This document shows, in pieces, positions 10,796-21,414 of a stretch of DNA of 64,000 nt. Each line of letters begins with the position of its first letter. Positions within the stretch are counted from its first letter, which is position 1. The stretch lies in the NCBI GenBank assembly GCA_965219445.1, contig CBDCNQ010000005.1:1152001-1216000 (forward strand), in the 5' to 3' direction. Made by a program: the position numbers and the translations under genes. The notes below the pieces were generated by a model that saw nothing but the letters and a program-made list of their open reading frames with translations, searched no databases and had not been told where the DNA came from. The stretch is from Longimicrobiales bacterium (lineage in GTDB: Bacteria; Gemmatimonadota; Gemmatimonadetes; Longimicrobiales; Gaopeijiaceae).

Positions 10796-13271
10796 CGCTG
10801 GGTCCCCCCGAAGAGTGGAATCACGATCGGCTCCGAGGGCGCCCGAACTCGGGCCGCCGCTGCGGCCGGTGCACTCGCCGGATGGTTCGGATTGTCCAGA
10901 ACCCACGCTCGAAAATCGCCCAGGTCGTAGGCCCCGTCACCGTCGCCCTGGAGGTCGAGGAAGGTCTCGAGCGCGGGGATCCGCATCCCCACGCCTAAAA
11001 ACGGCTCCGCCATGACCTGGAGCCCGAAGTCCGGGGGGCCCACCGTAAGGGCGACCTCGACGGAATCCCTCAGCCCGGGGGCACGCCACCGGTGACCCAC
11101 GCCACGGGCTGGTTGGCGTTCGCCACAGTGAATTGGATGTCCACGTCAGACGCCGCCCCTACATCCACCTGGGTTCCGGAGTTCGATGATAAGAGGTAGG
11201 TAAGGTCAAAGACCGCGGAGGCGGTACTCGGGGTGGAAATGACTACCGCGGTCGGGTTGGGCTCGCCTAGCAACACCCCAGTCCACTGCCTGAACGACAG
11301 CCCTGTGTTCGGCTGCGCCAAGACGCTCACGCTGATCGCGTCGCGGATCCATCCGGACTCGGAATCGGGGTTGAGAACTATCACACCCGGGATCACCCCC
11401 GGGATGGGACTCTGCAGCGTGATATCGAAGCTCACCTCGGAGTTTCCGTAGCTCGCCGTGAGCGTCGAATCGACGATGCCCGTCATCCAGTTTCGCACAC
11501 GCGGCTGGCCGTCACTCCACGCCACAAAGCCGTGTCGGAACCCCGGACCGTTCGGCGCTCCACCGCCAGCCTCGAGGGCATGCCCCTGGAAGGGAGCCGA
11601 TGCAAAGGGGACCGTCGTCGCAGCAGTGGCCATGCCGTCCACCGTGAAGACACTCCCGGACCCGCCGAGACCGGCGGACTGCAGCGTCACGGTCTGGTAG
11701 CGCGTGAGCGCCCGAAACTCCATCTGTTGGCCCACCTGCTGGATGTTCAGCAGAGTGACTCCCGCAGCCGTGTTGGTCGGAATACCGCTCAGGCCATTCA
11801 ACCCATTGAATGTGAATGAGGACGGCACCGTCCCGGCGTGGAACAAAGTCGCACCCGAGGCTCCGGGAAACGGATCCCCGGCGTCGCCTCGCTGGCCCGC
11901 CTGAGCCAAAGCGTTTTCTCCGTCCGCTTGCCGAAGCCACACGCCCATGCGGGACGCCGAGGTATTCACCATATTGTCGGCCCACGAGCCGTTCACCGTC
12001 TCGGTGTCGATCTGCCAAACGAAGAGCCCCGTGGCCAGAAGGCTCGCGTCGAAACCGAGGCGTTGCCGGTTCTCCAACAGGTAGTAATCCCCACTTCCGT
12101 CCCCGGCGTCTATTCTGATGACGTCGCCGGTCGTCTCTACAGGATCGAGGGAGAGCACTCCGAGGTCAGCGTCCGCCGGCAGCGTCGTGACGTTTGCCCA
12201 CCCCAGTACTTCCTTGCTCCAGGCGGTCATATGACATGGCGTCTCGGCGCCCTGTCCGTCACACCCCCACAGGCCGGTGGCCATCAGACCCCAGCGCCCC
12301 ACGGCCCCGTGATTCGCGCCGACGGCGTACAGGTCCGGGAGCCCGAAGCCGTGGCCGAGTTCGTGCGCGATGATGCCGATTTCGTTGATTTCCGACGAGG
12401 TACACGAGAGAACCGGCTGGATCGTGTAGTCGTCTACGAGTACGAATCCGCCATTCGCCGAAGGCGTCGACGTCGTGAAGACCTGCCCCGCCGAGGCGGC
12501 AAGCTGCCAAAAGTGAGACCACACCAGAGCGGGCCCGTTTCCACCGCACTCAGCGCCCGACGTGGGATGCATGACGGCCAGAAGGTCCACGAAGCCGTCG
12601 TCGTCGCCGGAGTTGGGCATGGCGTCCGGGCCATCGTTGTCATACCGGCCCCAGTCGACGGTCCCATCGTCGGCGTTCGTGAGGAGCTCGACGATGAATT
12701 CACCGACATCATCGGCCGAGCCCAGACCATTGCTGTTTCCCGCAACGTCGTCCGCTGTAAGGCTCACCTGGAACCAGTCTTTAGTGTCGCCAGTGAGCGT
12801 GACCAGACCACCCGAAAGCTCCAAGTAGAACTCAGTGATCGTCGCGAATCGGCTGTTCGGTCCGTCGAAGAACTCCTGCTGGACAACGGCCCTCGTGAGA
12901 CTGACGCCCGAGGCCGCCCCGACGTCCGCACTGGGAATCGAGGGTGTGTCGGAGTAGAGCCCGAGGAGTAGGGGAGTTTCAAACGTTCCGACCACACCCC
13001 CGGTCCGTCGGCCTAAAGCCAACGCCGCTCTCAGTGCCGCGACGCCGGGAGCCCCGACAGCGGGACCCAACCCCAATCGGGCTCTCCAGCCCCTGGCTGG
13101 ACGGTACGCGGCAGGATTACGGCCCAGCTCCTCGTAATACGCTGCTGGGGGAGTCGTGCCGTAGTGCTCGGCAAGCAACTCGACGTCCTGGGCGCCGAGC
13201 CCAATGGGAACGAGCCCGACCGTGACCGCGAGCGTTGCCATCACTCGAATGGCCACCGTGGTCAGGCTCAA
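10792..13271 (-). pseudogene. M6 (immune inhibitor A) metalloprotease, frame broken at ~11075
   Basis: HELGHGFGLPDLY, WGLM, YYLLENRQ; C-terminal part (DSVEVALTVG...GAYDLGDF) continues in another frame to 10792. Confidence 0.8.
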
Positions 13272-13858
13272 AGGCGATCCTCCGCTCGAACCTCCAGAAC
13301 GTCGGCAATGTCGCGCATCCCGTCGATCACGTTCTGTATGTGCTCACTACGCTCGATCCCCAAGAGATCGACACCCCGGGCCACGTCGTCCCGGTTCACC
13401 CCTGCCGCAAAAGCCTTGTCCTTCAACTTCTTGGTGACCGACTTGGGCGTGAGGTCATCGATTCCGTTGGGCCTCACGAGACAGCAGGCGTACACCAATC
13501 CTGAAAGTTCGTCGCATGCAAAGAGGACGCGGTCGAGCAACGCATCAGGCTCCACACCCGTCCGTTCGGGCGCGTGGGCCGTGATCGCCTTGAGAATCCC
13601 CTCGGGGTACCCGAGATCCTCCAGTGCGGCGAGCCCGCGGTGGGGGTGTTCATCCGGACACTTCTCCCAGTCGAGGTCGTGGAGAAGTCCTGCAGTCCCC
13701 CAGAGGTCCTCATTTTCACCGTGGATACGGGCGTAATGCCGACAAGCAGCCTCCACTGCCAGCATATGTTTTCGCAGGCCGTCGTTTTCCACCCAACTCT
13801 TGAGAAGAGTCAGTGCCGAGGCTCGGTCGGGGATCTGTGCGCTCACGTTCGACTCCAT
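13268..13858 (-). CDS. HD-domain (HDIG) phosphohydrolase
   Basis: LRKHMLAV, GLLHDLD, CDELSG, KAFAAGVNRDD. Confidence 0.85.
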   Translation of the reverse strand: MESNVSAQIPDRASALTLLKSWVENDGLRKHMLAVEAACRHYARIHGENEDLWGTAGLLHDLDWEKCPDEHPHRGLAALEDLGYPEGILKAITAHAPERTGVEPDALLDRVLFACDELSGLVYACCLVRPNGIDDLTPKSVTKKLKDKAFAAGVNRDDVARGVDLLGIERSEHIQNVIDGMRDIADVLEVRAEDRL

Positions 13859-13913
13859 TCTGATCTAAAGGATACTATCGCCCGCGCACCATTTACACGC
13901 TCGCGTGATCCCG

Positions 13914-14564
13914 TCAGACTCTCGACGAGGGACACAGGTGGGACATCGCACACGCCTCGCACCGTGGCCTTCTGGCAATGCAGATCTGGCGTCCGTGGAA
14001 AATCAATAAGTGGGACAAAAGGGTCCAACGCTCCTCGGGGAACAGCGCCATGAGGTCTCCCTCGACCTTTTCGGGATTCTTCTCTTTGGTGAAGGCCATC
14101 AGGGTCGCAAGCCGCTTCACGTGCGTGTCGACAACGACCCCTTCGTCGATTCCGAAGGCATTGCCGAGAATCACGTTCGCGGTCTTCCGCCCCACACCCG
14201 GCAGCGCCGTCAACTCCCTCATCGTGCGCGGAACCTCTCCACCATGGAGCTCGGTGACACCTCGTGCAAAACCGATGATGTTCTTCGTCTTGTTTCGGAA
14301 GAACCCGGTGGAGCGGATGATCTCCTCGACGTCGTCCTCTCGGGCGTCGGCGAGGTGGGCAGCCGTCGGAAACCTTTCGAAGAGGACCGGCGTGACCATG
14401 TTCACACGCTCGTCGGTCGTCTGGGCCGACAGGATGGTCGCTACACCGAGTTGGTAAGCGTTCGTGTGCGTCAGAGCGCAGTGTGCGTCAGGATATTCTT
14501 CGGCAAGCAAATCGAATACCTCGGTACTACGCTCCGCCCGGGCCGCTTTCGATTCCCTCGCCAT
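13914..14564 (-). CDS. nth: Endonuclease III
   Basis: ILSAQTTD, HhH LPGVGRKTANV, VDTHV, C-x6-C-x2-C-x5-C cluster. Confidence 0.95.
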   Translation of the reverse strand: MARESKAARAERSTEVFDLLAEEYPDAHCALTHTNAYQLGVATILSAQTTDERVNMVTPVLFERFPTAAHLADAREDDVEEIIRSTGFFRNKTKNIIGFARGVTELHGGEVPRTMRELTALPGVGRKTANVILGNAFGIDEGVVVDTHVKRLATLMAFTKEKNPEKVEGDLMALFPEERWTLLSHLLIFHGRQICIARRPRCEACAMSHLCPSSRV

Positions 14565-14596
14565 GGTCCTCTTCGGATACGGGTTAGTTCAGACGT

Positions 14597-16147
14597 TCAG
14601 CGGAGATCCGGTCGGCCGCCATCCGCGGCGCCACTCACGGGCGCCTGTGCCCCGGCCCCCGAAAGCTTCCGGACCAGCCAGCCGTTGAGCAGCAGAAAGA
14701 CTCCCACGGCGATCGCGAACTGAATCAGAACCGTCCCGATGTTGAACGCGGAGAAGAGCGTCCAGGTCGATCCGAATGACTCCCCTCGAGCCTGATATAG
14801 CCACCACGCCATGAGCACTACCGACTCCACGATCACCAGCCGAATGCTCCAGTCCCACCAGCCCCCGATGTGGATGTCTGAGTGCCCCGTGTTGATGTAC
14901 TTGGCGCGCCACTCGGTCACACCGTACTTGAGCACGGCGAATGCGAAAAAGAAGCCCGAAAGCATCAAGCCTACACCCCACACCCAGTCCTGATTCGCGA
15001 AAAATGTGCCCGCTCCCGGTGTGTCCGTCCAGTTGAGCGCGCTGGGCGCTCCGAACGCGATGCCGGCTATCCCGACCATCGTAATGGCCCGGCCTCGCGT
15101 CAGACCCAGATCGATCAAGATGCGGCTGGCCAACTCGATCATGGCCACGAGGGACGTCCAAGCAGCGAACACCAGCGCCAGAAAGAACAAGGACATGAAA
15201 AACCGGCCACCTGGAATCAGTGCGAAGAGCTGGGGCACCCAGATGAACGTCAGCCCCTCGTTGCCCGCTCCCACGATCTGGTCGGCGGCGTCCGGCATCA
15301 CCGAAAAGACGGTGCAGAGCACCATGATGCCCGCGAGAAGTGACATCGAGTTATTTCCGAAGCCGATGACGAATGCGTTGAGCGCCGTGTCCTCACGGCT
15401 CCTCATGTAGATGGCGTACGTGAGCACGAGCCCCCAGCCTGCGCCCGTGTCCCATGCGTTCTGGGTCAGCGCCTCCAACCATATTCTGGAGTCCGCGAGA
15501 TCGGACAATCGCGGTGTGAAGAGGAACGCCAGTCCATCCGTGGCCCCGGGGAGAGTGACCGCACGGATCGCGAGCACGATGACCAGGAGAATGAGACTGG
15601 GAATCAAGAACCTCGCGGCCGTCTCGATGCCCTTCACACCGTTCGACACGACGAAGAGACCCATCCCCATAGCCACGATGTGCGTGACCAAGGCCGCCGG
15701 CGTGCCTGCATATCCCTCCCAGAAGGCTTCGGGCACCGCCGAGGGCACGGCCCCGGTGACGCTGGCAAGGAAAAAGCGGATGGTCCAACCCATCACCACG
15801 CTGTAGTAGAACATGATGGCGGTCGCGACGAAGGCCACCCACGCACCCATCCAGGCGAAGCCCGGACCGATCGTCTTCACGAACGCCCCGATCGTACCCG
15901 AACGCGTGGCCTTCCCCATCCCGAATTCGAGGATCAGGAGTGGTACGGACCAGAGAAGCAGGAAAACGGCCCACGCGACCAGGAACGAGCCCCCGCCGTT
16001 CGACGCGGCGATCCGCGGAAAACGCCAGATATTCCCGGTACCCACGGCCATGCCGAGCATGGCCAGAAGCATGCCCCAGCGGGAACTGAAGACTTCGGAC
16101 CTAGGAGGGTGATCGGAAAGGGGGGTGGGTCGCGTTGCGGATGCCAC
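14597..16147 (-). CDS. Sodium-dependent transporter (NSS/SNF family)
   Basis: FSSRWG..GMAVGTGNIWRFP..NGGGSF; AGGAG 8 nt before GTG 16147 (start uncertain). Confidence 0.9.
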   Translation of the reverse strand: MASATRPTPLSDHPPRSEVFSSRWGMLLAMLGMAVGTGNIWRFPRIAASNGGGSFLVAWAVFLLLWSVPLLILEFGMGKATRSGTIGAFVKTIGPGFAWMGAWVAFVATAIMFYYSVVMGWTIRFFLASVTGAVPSAVPEAFWEGYAGTPAALVTHIVAMGMGLFVVSNGVKGIETAARFLIPSLILLVIVLAIRAVTLPGATDGLAFLFTPRLSDLADSRIWLEALTQNAWDTGAGWGLVLTYAIYMRSREDTALNAFVIGFGNNSMSLLAGIMVLCTVFSVMPDAADQIVGAGNEGLTFIWVPQLFALIPGGRFFMSLFFLALVFAAWTSLVAMIELASRILIDLGLTRGRAITMVGIAGIAFGAPSALNWTDTPGAGTFFANQDWVWGVGLMLSGFFFAFAVLKYGVTEWRAKYINTGHSDIHIGGWWDWSIRLVIVESVVLMAWWLYQARGESFGSTWTLFSAFNIGTVLIQFAIAVGVFLLLNGWLVRKLSGAGAQAPVSGAADGGRPDLR

Positions 16148-16409
16148 GGCCCTAGCTCCTAGGCGGAGCGACGACGCCATAGCATTCGCTACGGCTAGGA
16201 GCTCCAACAACGGAGATGGGGTCGTGCCACCGCAACCCTTCAACTTGTAAGGTCATGTCATTCATACTCTTGGGCACATGGCGGTTGCGCGGTTGATCCT
16301 GCGTCTCTCCTCGTCGCCGTAGAAGAACTACGCCTCCTCGTCGTTCCTTGTCTGAACGCGCGCAAGCACCATGTGCGCGACCCGCTCCCCTTTCCGATCA
16401 CCCTCCTGG
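16101..16409. repeat. ~33 bp inverted repeat pair (16101-16134 / 16376-16409), MITE-like
   Basis: CGCGACCC(A/G)C(C/T)CCCCTTTCCGATCACCCTCCT(A/G)G on opposite strands. Confidence 0.7.
16330..16386 (+). repeat. 57 bp dispersed intergenic repeat, copy 1
   Basis: 49/57 identical, by eye, to 22570-22626. Confidence 0.8.
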
Positions 16410-16430
16410 ACGACAATCCGGCCTCCCGAC

Positions 16431-17762
16431 TCAGGTGAGGGATTCCCCGGCCAACCGCTCCTGGATCCAGCCCGGTACGGCCTCGGCGCCGACCCGCACC
16501 TGATCGAGCGTGTCCCGATCCCGGATCGTGACCGTACCGTCTTCGGACGTCTGCCCGTCGACGGTGATGCACCACGGCGTTCCCGCTTCGTCTTGGCGCC
16601 GGTAACGCCGACCGATGGAACCCGCCGCATCGTAAAACGAGGGGATCGATCGCGACCGTAGATCGGCGTGCAACTTCTCGGCGATTTCGGGCAGCCCATC
16701 CTTCTTCACCAGGGGGAATACCGCAGCCTTCAAGGGCGCGAGACTCGGTGACAGCTTGAGGAGCACACGCTCTTCGCCGTCCACGTCCTCTTCGCTGTAG
16801 GCATCGACCAGCGCCACCAGAACCGTGCGGTCCACACCCACCGCGGTCTCGACCACGTACGGGATGAACCGCTTATCCGCAGCCGTATCGATGTACTCGA
16901 GCCGCTTGCCAGAGTACTCCTGGTGCCGCCCGAGATCGAAGTCGGTCCGGTTGTGAATCCCCTCGAACTCCTTCCACCCGAACGGATACTCGTACTCGAT
17001 GTCGAACGCCTTTTTGGCGTAATGCGCCAGCTCGTCCGGTCCATGCTCGTGGAAGCGGAGCTTCTCCTTGCGAATTCCCAGCGAGAGATGCCACTCCAGA
17101 CGGGCGTCCATCCAGTAATCGAACCACTCGTCGTCGGTCCCCGGTTCAACGAAGAACTGGAGCTCCATTTGCTCGAACTCTCGTGTCCGGAATATGAAGT
17201 TTCCGGGGGTAATCTCGTTCCGGAACGCCTTTCCGATCTGCGCGATGCCGAATGGGACTCTCTGGCGAGCCGACGTCTGAACGTTCAGGAAGTTCACGTA
17301 CGAGCCCTGAGCCGTCTCGGGCCGTAGATAGATGACGGCCGCATCGTCCTCCACCGGGCCCATGAACGTCTTGAACATGAGGTTGAAGAGGCGCGGTTCA
17401 CCAAACGTGTCCTTGGTTCCGCAGGTGGGGCACTGGCCGCCCTCGACCTCAGGAAGGTCGGCACGGAAGCGCCGGTGGCAGTTGCCGCACTCCACCAACG
17501 GATCGGTGAAGCCGTCCACGTGTCCGGAGGCCTCCCAAACCCTTGGATGCATCAGAATCGACGCATCGAGCCCCTCGACATCGTCACGCTGATGCACCAT
17601 CGCGCTCCACCAGCGTTCCTTGACGTTGCGTTTCAGTTCGATACCCAACGGACCGTAGTCCCACACCGACCCCGTTCCCCCGTAGATCTCCGACGACTGG
17701 AAGATGAATCCCCGGCGCTTGGCCAGGGACGTGAGTTTATCCATCACGGAGGTTTCAGCCAT
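16431..17762 (-). CDS. glyQS: Glycine--tRNA ligase (alpha2 type)
   Basis: KRRGFIFQSSEIYGG, YLRPETAQG, FRNEITPGNFIFRTREFEQME, SIGRRYRRQDE. Confidence 0.97.
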   Translation of the reverse strand: MAETSVMDKLTSLAKRRGFIFQSSEIYGGTGSVWDYGPLGIELKRNVKERWWSAMVHQRDDVEGLDASILMHPRVWEASGHVDGFTDPLVECGNCHRRFRADLPEVEGGQCPTCGTKDTFGEPRLFNLMFKTFMGPVEDDAAVIYLRPETAQGSYVNFLNVQTSARQRVPFGIAQIGKAFRNEITPGNFIFRTREFEQMELQFFVEPGTDDEWFDYWMDARLEWHLSLGIRKEKLRFHEHGPDELAHYAKKAFDIEYEYPFGWKEFEGIHNRTDFDLGRHQEYSGKRLEYIDTAADKRFIPYVVETAVGVDRTVLVALVDAYSEEDVDGEERVLLKLSPSLAPLKAAVFPLVKKDGLPEIAEKLHADLRSRSIPSFYDAAGSIGRRYRRQDEAGTPWCITVDGQTSEDGTVTIRDRDTLDQVRVGAEAVPGWIQERLAGESLT

Positions 17763-17935
17763 CGAGATCGATCCAGGGAGCCGGTTGTCGCGGTGAGTCG
17801 AAGCGATGGAAGCTAGACCGGCACGCCCGTCGCATCAACCGATCAAGAACCGCGGGAGGCAAGGCGGGTATACCGACCCGGAGTGGTGCAAAAGCCTCTC
17901 GAATGCCAGATTGTACCTCCTCCAGGAGGGTTCGC

Positions 17936-18529
17936 ATGATAACGCTGACAGATAAAGCGCTCGAAGTGGTTCGTACCTACATGGACCAGAGCGACGGTGA
18001 GTTTACAGCATTGCGTATCGGCATCGCCGATGGCACGCCCCTGTCGCCCGACTTCGAGCTTACGCTCGTCGGGGCGGACGACATCGGCGAGAGCGAGCGA
18101 GAGGTGGAGGTGGGAGACCTGACGATCGTCGTCCAGGAGGAGTTCGTCCCCCGCCTCGAGGGAGCAACCGTGGATTTCGTCCAGCGCGTGAATGAGAGCG
18201 GCTTCGAGGTATCGCTGGGGACGACTCCGCAGTCCGCGGCACCGGCCCTCATCGGGCCACTCGCTGAACGGGTGAGGACGGTCTTGGAGACCGAGATCAA
18301 TCCGGCCATCGCCTCGCACGGAGGCTCGATCACGTTGGTGGGCGTCGAAGACACCGAGATCTACTTGGAGATGAGTGGCGGGTGCCAAGGGTGCGCCATG
18401 TCACGAGTGACACTCCGCCAGGGAGTCGAACGCATGGTCCGCCAGGCGGTGCCCGAGGTGAGCGTGATCCACGACGTCACCGACCACTCGTCGGGTGAGA
18501 ACCCCTTCTTCGAGGGGCCCACGGTTTAA
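17936..18529 (+). CDS. nfuA: Fe-S biogenesis protein NfuA
   Basis: Degenerate HesB N-domain + INPAIASHGG..GGCQGC NifU domain; AGGAGG RBS. Confidence 0.88.
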   Translation: MITLTDKALEVVRTYMDQSDGEFTALRIGIADGTPLSPDFELTLVGADDIGESEREVEVGDLTIVVQEEFVPRLEGATVDFVQRVNESGFEVSLGTTPQSAAPALIGPLAERVRTVLETEINPAIASHGGSITLVGVEDTEIYLEMSGGCQGCAMSRVTLRQGVERMVRQAVPEVSVIHDVTDHSSGENPFFEGPTV

Positions 18530-18611
18530 TCGCCTCGGAGGGCGATGTTCAGGTGAACGTTGACCCCGATCACACCCGCCCCCGGGCGGTCTCCCACCGT
18601 ACGTACCGCCC

Positions 18612-19010
18612 GTGGTGATATATGGCGTAGCATTGCTTGCGGGGTGCATGCTGGCCGGCGTGTTCATAGGGGAGCTGATTGGTGAGCTGATAGGCATCGA
18701 CGCGAATGTTGGCGGTGTCGGTATCTCCATGTTGCTGCTGATTCTGGTTGCCGCGAAAGGGCAGGCCAGCGGTCGCCTCCGCCCCATCTCCCAGACGGGC
18801 ATCACCTTTTGGAGCGCGATCTACATACCGGTCGTCGTGGCGATGGCGGCCAGCCAAAACGTGGTGGCGGCCGTGAGGGGCGGGACCGCTGCAGTTCTGG
18901 CCGGAGTCCTAGCCGTTGTCGTCAGCTGCGCCCTGGTACCCGTGCTTAGCCGCATCGGCGGTGAACCGCCACCGCCGCTGCCGGATGTAGACGTCAAGCA
19001 GAGCGTATGA
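18612..19010 (+). CDS. madL: Malonate transporter subunit MadL
   Basis: MVIYGVALL..ANVGGVG..FWSAIYIPVVVAMAA.QNV. Confidence 0.9.
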   Translation: MVIYGVALLAGCMLAGVFIGELIGELIGIDANVGGVGISMLLLILVAAKGQASGRLRPISQTGITFWSAIYIPVVVAMAASQNVVAAVRGGTAAVLAGVLAVVVSCALVPVLSRIGGEPPPPLPDVDVKQSV

Positions 19011-19780
19011 CCACGGTTGTCGACCTCATGACGCAGGTAATGAGCCGATACGGCTTGATTACCGCCTTCGCCGTGGTGGGGATCACTGTGTGGGTGTCCT
19101 ATCAGCTGTCCGCGCGTCTGACCAGAGGGCACCTTCACGGGTCGGCTATCGCCATTATGCTTGGCTTGCTGGCAGCATATGTTGGAGGTGTCATTACCGG
19201 AGGGGGCCGCGGCGTCGCCGATCTGGAGGTATTGGCCGGGATCGGATTGATGGGTGGCGGCATGCTTCGGGACTTCGCGATCATTGCCACCGCTTTCGGC
19301 GTGAATACGCGGGAGTTGGCGCGTGCCGGGGCGAGTGGGGTCATCTCTCTGTTTGCTGGCGTGTTTGTGTCGTTTACCATCGGCGCGGTGGTGGCCTATG
19401 GTTTCGGCTATACCGATCCCGTGAGTATGACGACGATAGGCGGCGGTGCGGCCACGTACATCGTGGGGCCCGTTACCGGTGCAGCCATCGGGGCTAGTTC
19501 GGATGTGATGGCACTCAGCATTGCCGCCGGGCTGATCAAATCCATGCTGGTGATGGCTGGAACACCGTTTGTCGCACCACTGATCGGATTAAACAATCCG
19601 CGTTCGGCGATGATTTATGGCGGCCTCATGGGCACCACAAGTGGAGTGGCGGGGGGGCTGGCCGCCACCGATGAACGCTTGGTTCCCTATGGCGCGATGA
19701 CGGCTACTTTCTATACTGGATTGGGTGCCCTGTTAGGGCCTTCGGTGATTTTCTTGGTCATCAGGGCGATCATGGGCTAA
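19007..19780 (+). CDS. madM: Malonate transporter subunit MadM
   Basis: HGSAIAI, MGGGMLRDFAI, YIVGPVTG, LVPYGAMTATFYTG; coupled to madL. Confidence 0.9.
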   Translation: MTTVVDLMTQVMSRYGLITAFAVVGITVWVSYQLSARLTRGHLHGSAIAIMLGLLAAYVGGVITGGGRGVADLEVLAGIGLMGGGMLRDFAIIATAFGVNTRELARAGASGVISLFAGVFVSFTIGAVVAYGFGYTDPVSMTTIGGGAATYIVGPVTGAAIGASSDVMALSIAAGLIKSMLVMAGTPFVAPLIGLNNPRSAMIYGGLMGTTSGVAGGLAATDERLVPYGAMTATFYTGLGALLGPSVIFLVIRAIMG

Positions 19781-19827
19781 CAGTTTCTGTCTGACACGAC
19801 GGCGCTGGATCGAGGAGAGACCGAAGT

Positions 19828-21318
19828 ATGCCTGAACTTGAATTGGTCCGGCGGGCACAGAGTTTCGGGGCACGGGTTGCAGTGACATCAGATGGCCATG
19901 ATCACTCGTACGACTCGCTGCTCTCAGTATCGGAGGGAATAGCCGCCAGTCTGCTCGACAGGTCGACCGACTTGGGTGAACAGCGAGTCGCTTTTCTTAT
20001 CCCCGCGAGCTTTGAGTACGCAGCGGTCCAGTGGGGCATCTGGAGAGCCGGTGGAATCGCCGTGCCACTGAGCCTGTCCGCGGCAGACCCGGAACTCGAA
20101 CATGTGATCACCGATGCCCAGGTTGATCGAATCATCGTACCCCAGGATTCACTGGCGAAGCTCAGTCCGCTTTGTGATCGGCTTTCGACGCCCCTGCTCA
20201 GTGTTGATCAGATCTCATCGGGCCGATCTGTGCCGTTGCCGCAGCTGGAGGCCCACAGGCGGGCAATGATTCTCTACACCAGCGGCACGACCAGCAAGCC
20301 CAAGGGTGTAGTGAGCACTCACGCTAATATTCAGGCGCAGATCACGACGCTGGTAGAAGCCTGGGGTTGGCAATCGGAGGACTCGATTCCGCTGTTTTTG
20401 CCGCTGCATCATATTCACGGCATCGTCAATGTGCTGAGTTGCGCGTTGTGGTCGGGAGCCAGGGTGGACTGTTTCAGCTCCTTCGATGCACCGGCAATTC
20501 TGGAGCGTGTGGCAGATAAGAAGTATTCGGTGTTCATGGCGGTTCCGACTATCTACGTAAAGCTGATCGCGAGGCTAGAGGCCACCGATGAGGCGGATCG
20601 GGCGCGCTGCACGGACGGCTTCGCCCACATGCGATTGATGGTATCGGGTTCTGCCGCTTTGCCGGCCAGTGTGCATGAACAATGGACACAATTGACGGGG
20701 CAGAAACTTCTCGAGCGTTATGGCATGACGGAAATCGGCATGGGGATCTCCAACCCTCTGCAAGGGGAGCGCAGGCCAGGTGCGGTGGGCAGGGCGCTGC
20801 CTGGCGTGACCATCCGATTAGTGAGTGAAGCCGGCGAATTGATCGAAGAGGAGGGCGAACCCGGAGAGATTCAGGTTCAAGGGCCCGCGGTGTTCTCCGA
20901 GTACTGGCAAAAGCCCGACGTGACGCGGGAATCTTTCGTGGACGGATGGTTCCGTACGGGGGATATGGCGGTGTTGGAGAACGGGTATTACCGCATCATG
21001 GGTCGCCTGTCGGTGGATATTATCAAGTCGGGCGGATACAAGCTCTCAGCCCTGGAAATTGAGAGCACCTTGCTGACGCATCCGGCGATCCGCGAGTGTG
21101 CCGTGGTCGGCGTACCGGACGATACCTGGGGGGAGGCGGTGGCAGTTGCCATCGTGACCCGTGACGGGGAACACATCGAACTTCCGGCTCTCAAAGAGTG
21201 GGCCACTGAGCGCATGTCCGCGTACAAGATTCCCAAGTCGCTGTTGCTGTTGGAGGGTTTGCCGAGAAACGCCATGGGCAAGGTGACCAAGCCAGCCGTC
21301 CAAGATCTTTTCGACTGA
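19828..21318 (+). CDS. Acyl-CoA synthetase, probably malonyl-CoA synthetase (MatB/ACSF3-like)
   Basis: YTSGTTSKPKG, LPLHHIHG, ERYGMTE, WFRTGD, PRNAMGKV; follows madLM. Confidence 0.8.
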   Translation: MPELELVRRAQSFGARVAVTSDGHDHSYDSLLSVSEGIAASLLDRSTDLGEQRVAFLIPASFEYAAVQWGIWRAGGIAVPLSLSAADPELEHVITDAQVDRIIVPQDSLAKLSPLCDRLSTPLLSVDQISSGRSVPLPQLEAHRRAMILYTSGTTSKPKGVVSTHANIQAQITTLVEAWGWQSEDSIPLFLPLHHIHGIVNVLSCALWSGARVDCFSSFDAPAILERVADKKYSVFMAVPTIYVKLIARLEATDEADRARCTDGFAHMRLMVSGSAALPASVHEQWTQLTGQKLLERYGMTEIGMGISNPLQGERRPGAVGRALPGVTIRLVSEAGELIEEEGEPGEIQVQGPAVFSEYWQKPDVTRESFVDGWFRTGDMAVLENGYYRIMGRLSVDIIKSGGYKLSALEIESTLLTHPAIRECAVVGVPDDTWGEAVAVAIVTRDGEHIELPALKEWATERMSAYKIPKSLLLLEGLPRNAMGKVTKPAVQDLFD

Positions 21319-21414
21319 AGGGGTCAGCTTCGTTCAAGCTTCATTCAAGAAACTCCCGAAGGTCGCAGTGAGTCCCGAGCCCTACCGGATCCTCAACGCT
21401 GAAGCGAGCACACC

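Noticed and set aside
11060..11110. Programmed frameshift in the M6 protease
   Set aside because: No slippery heptamer; an indel, deletion or read error near the C/G run is simpler.
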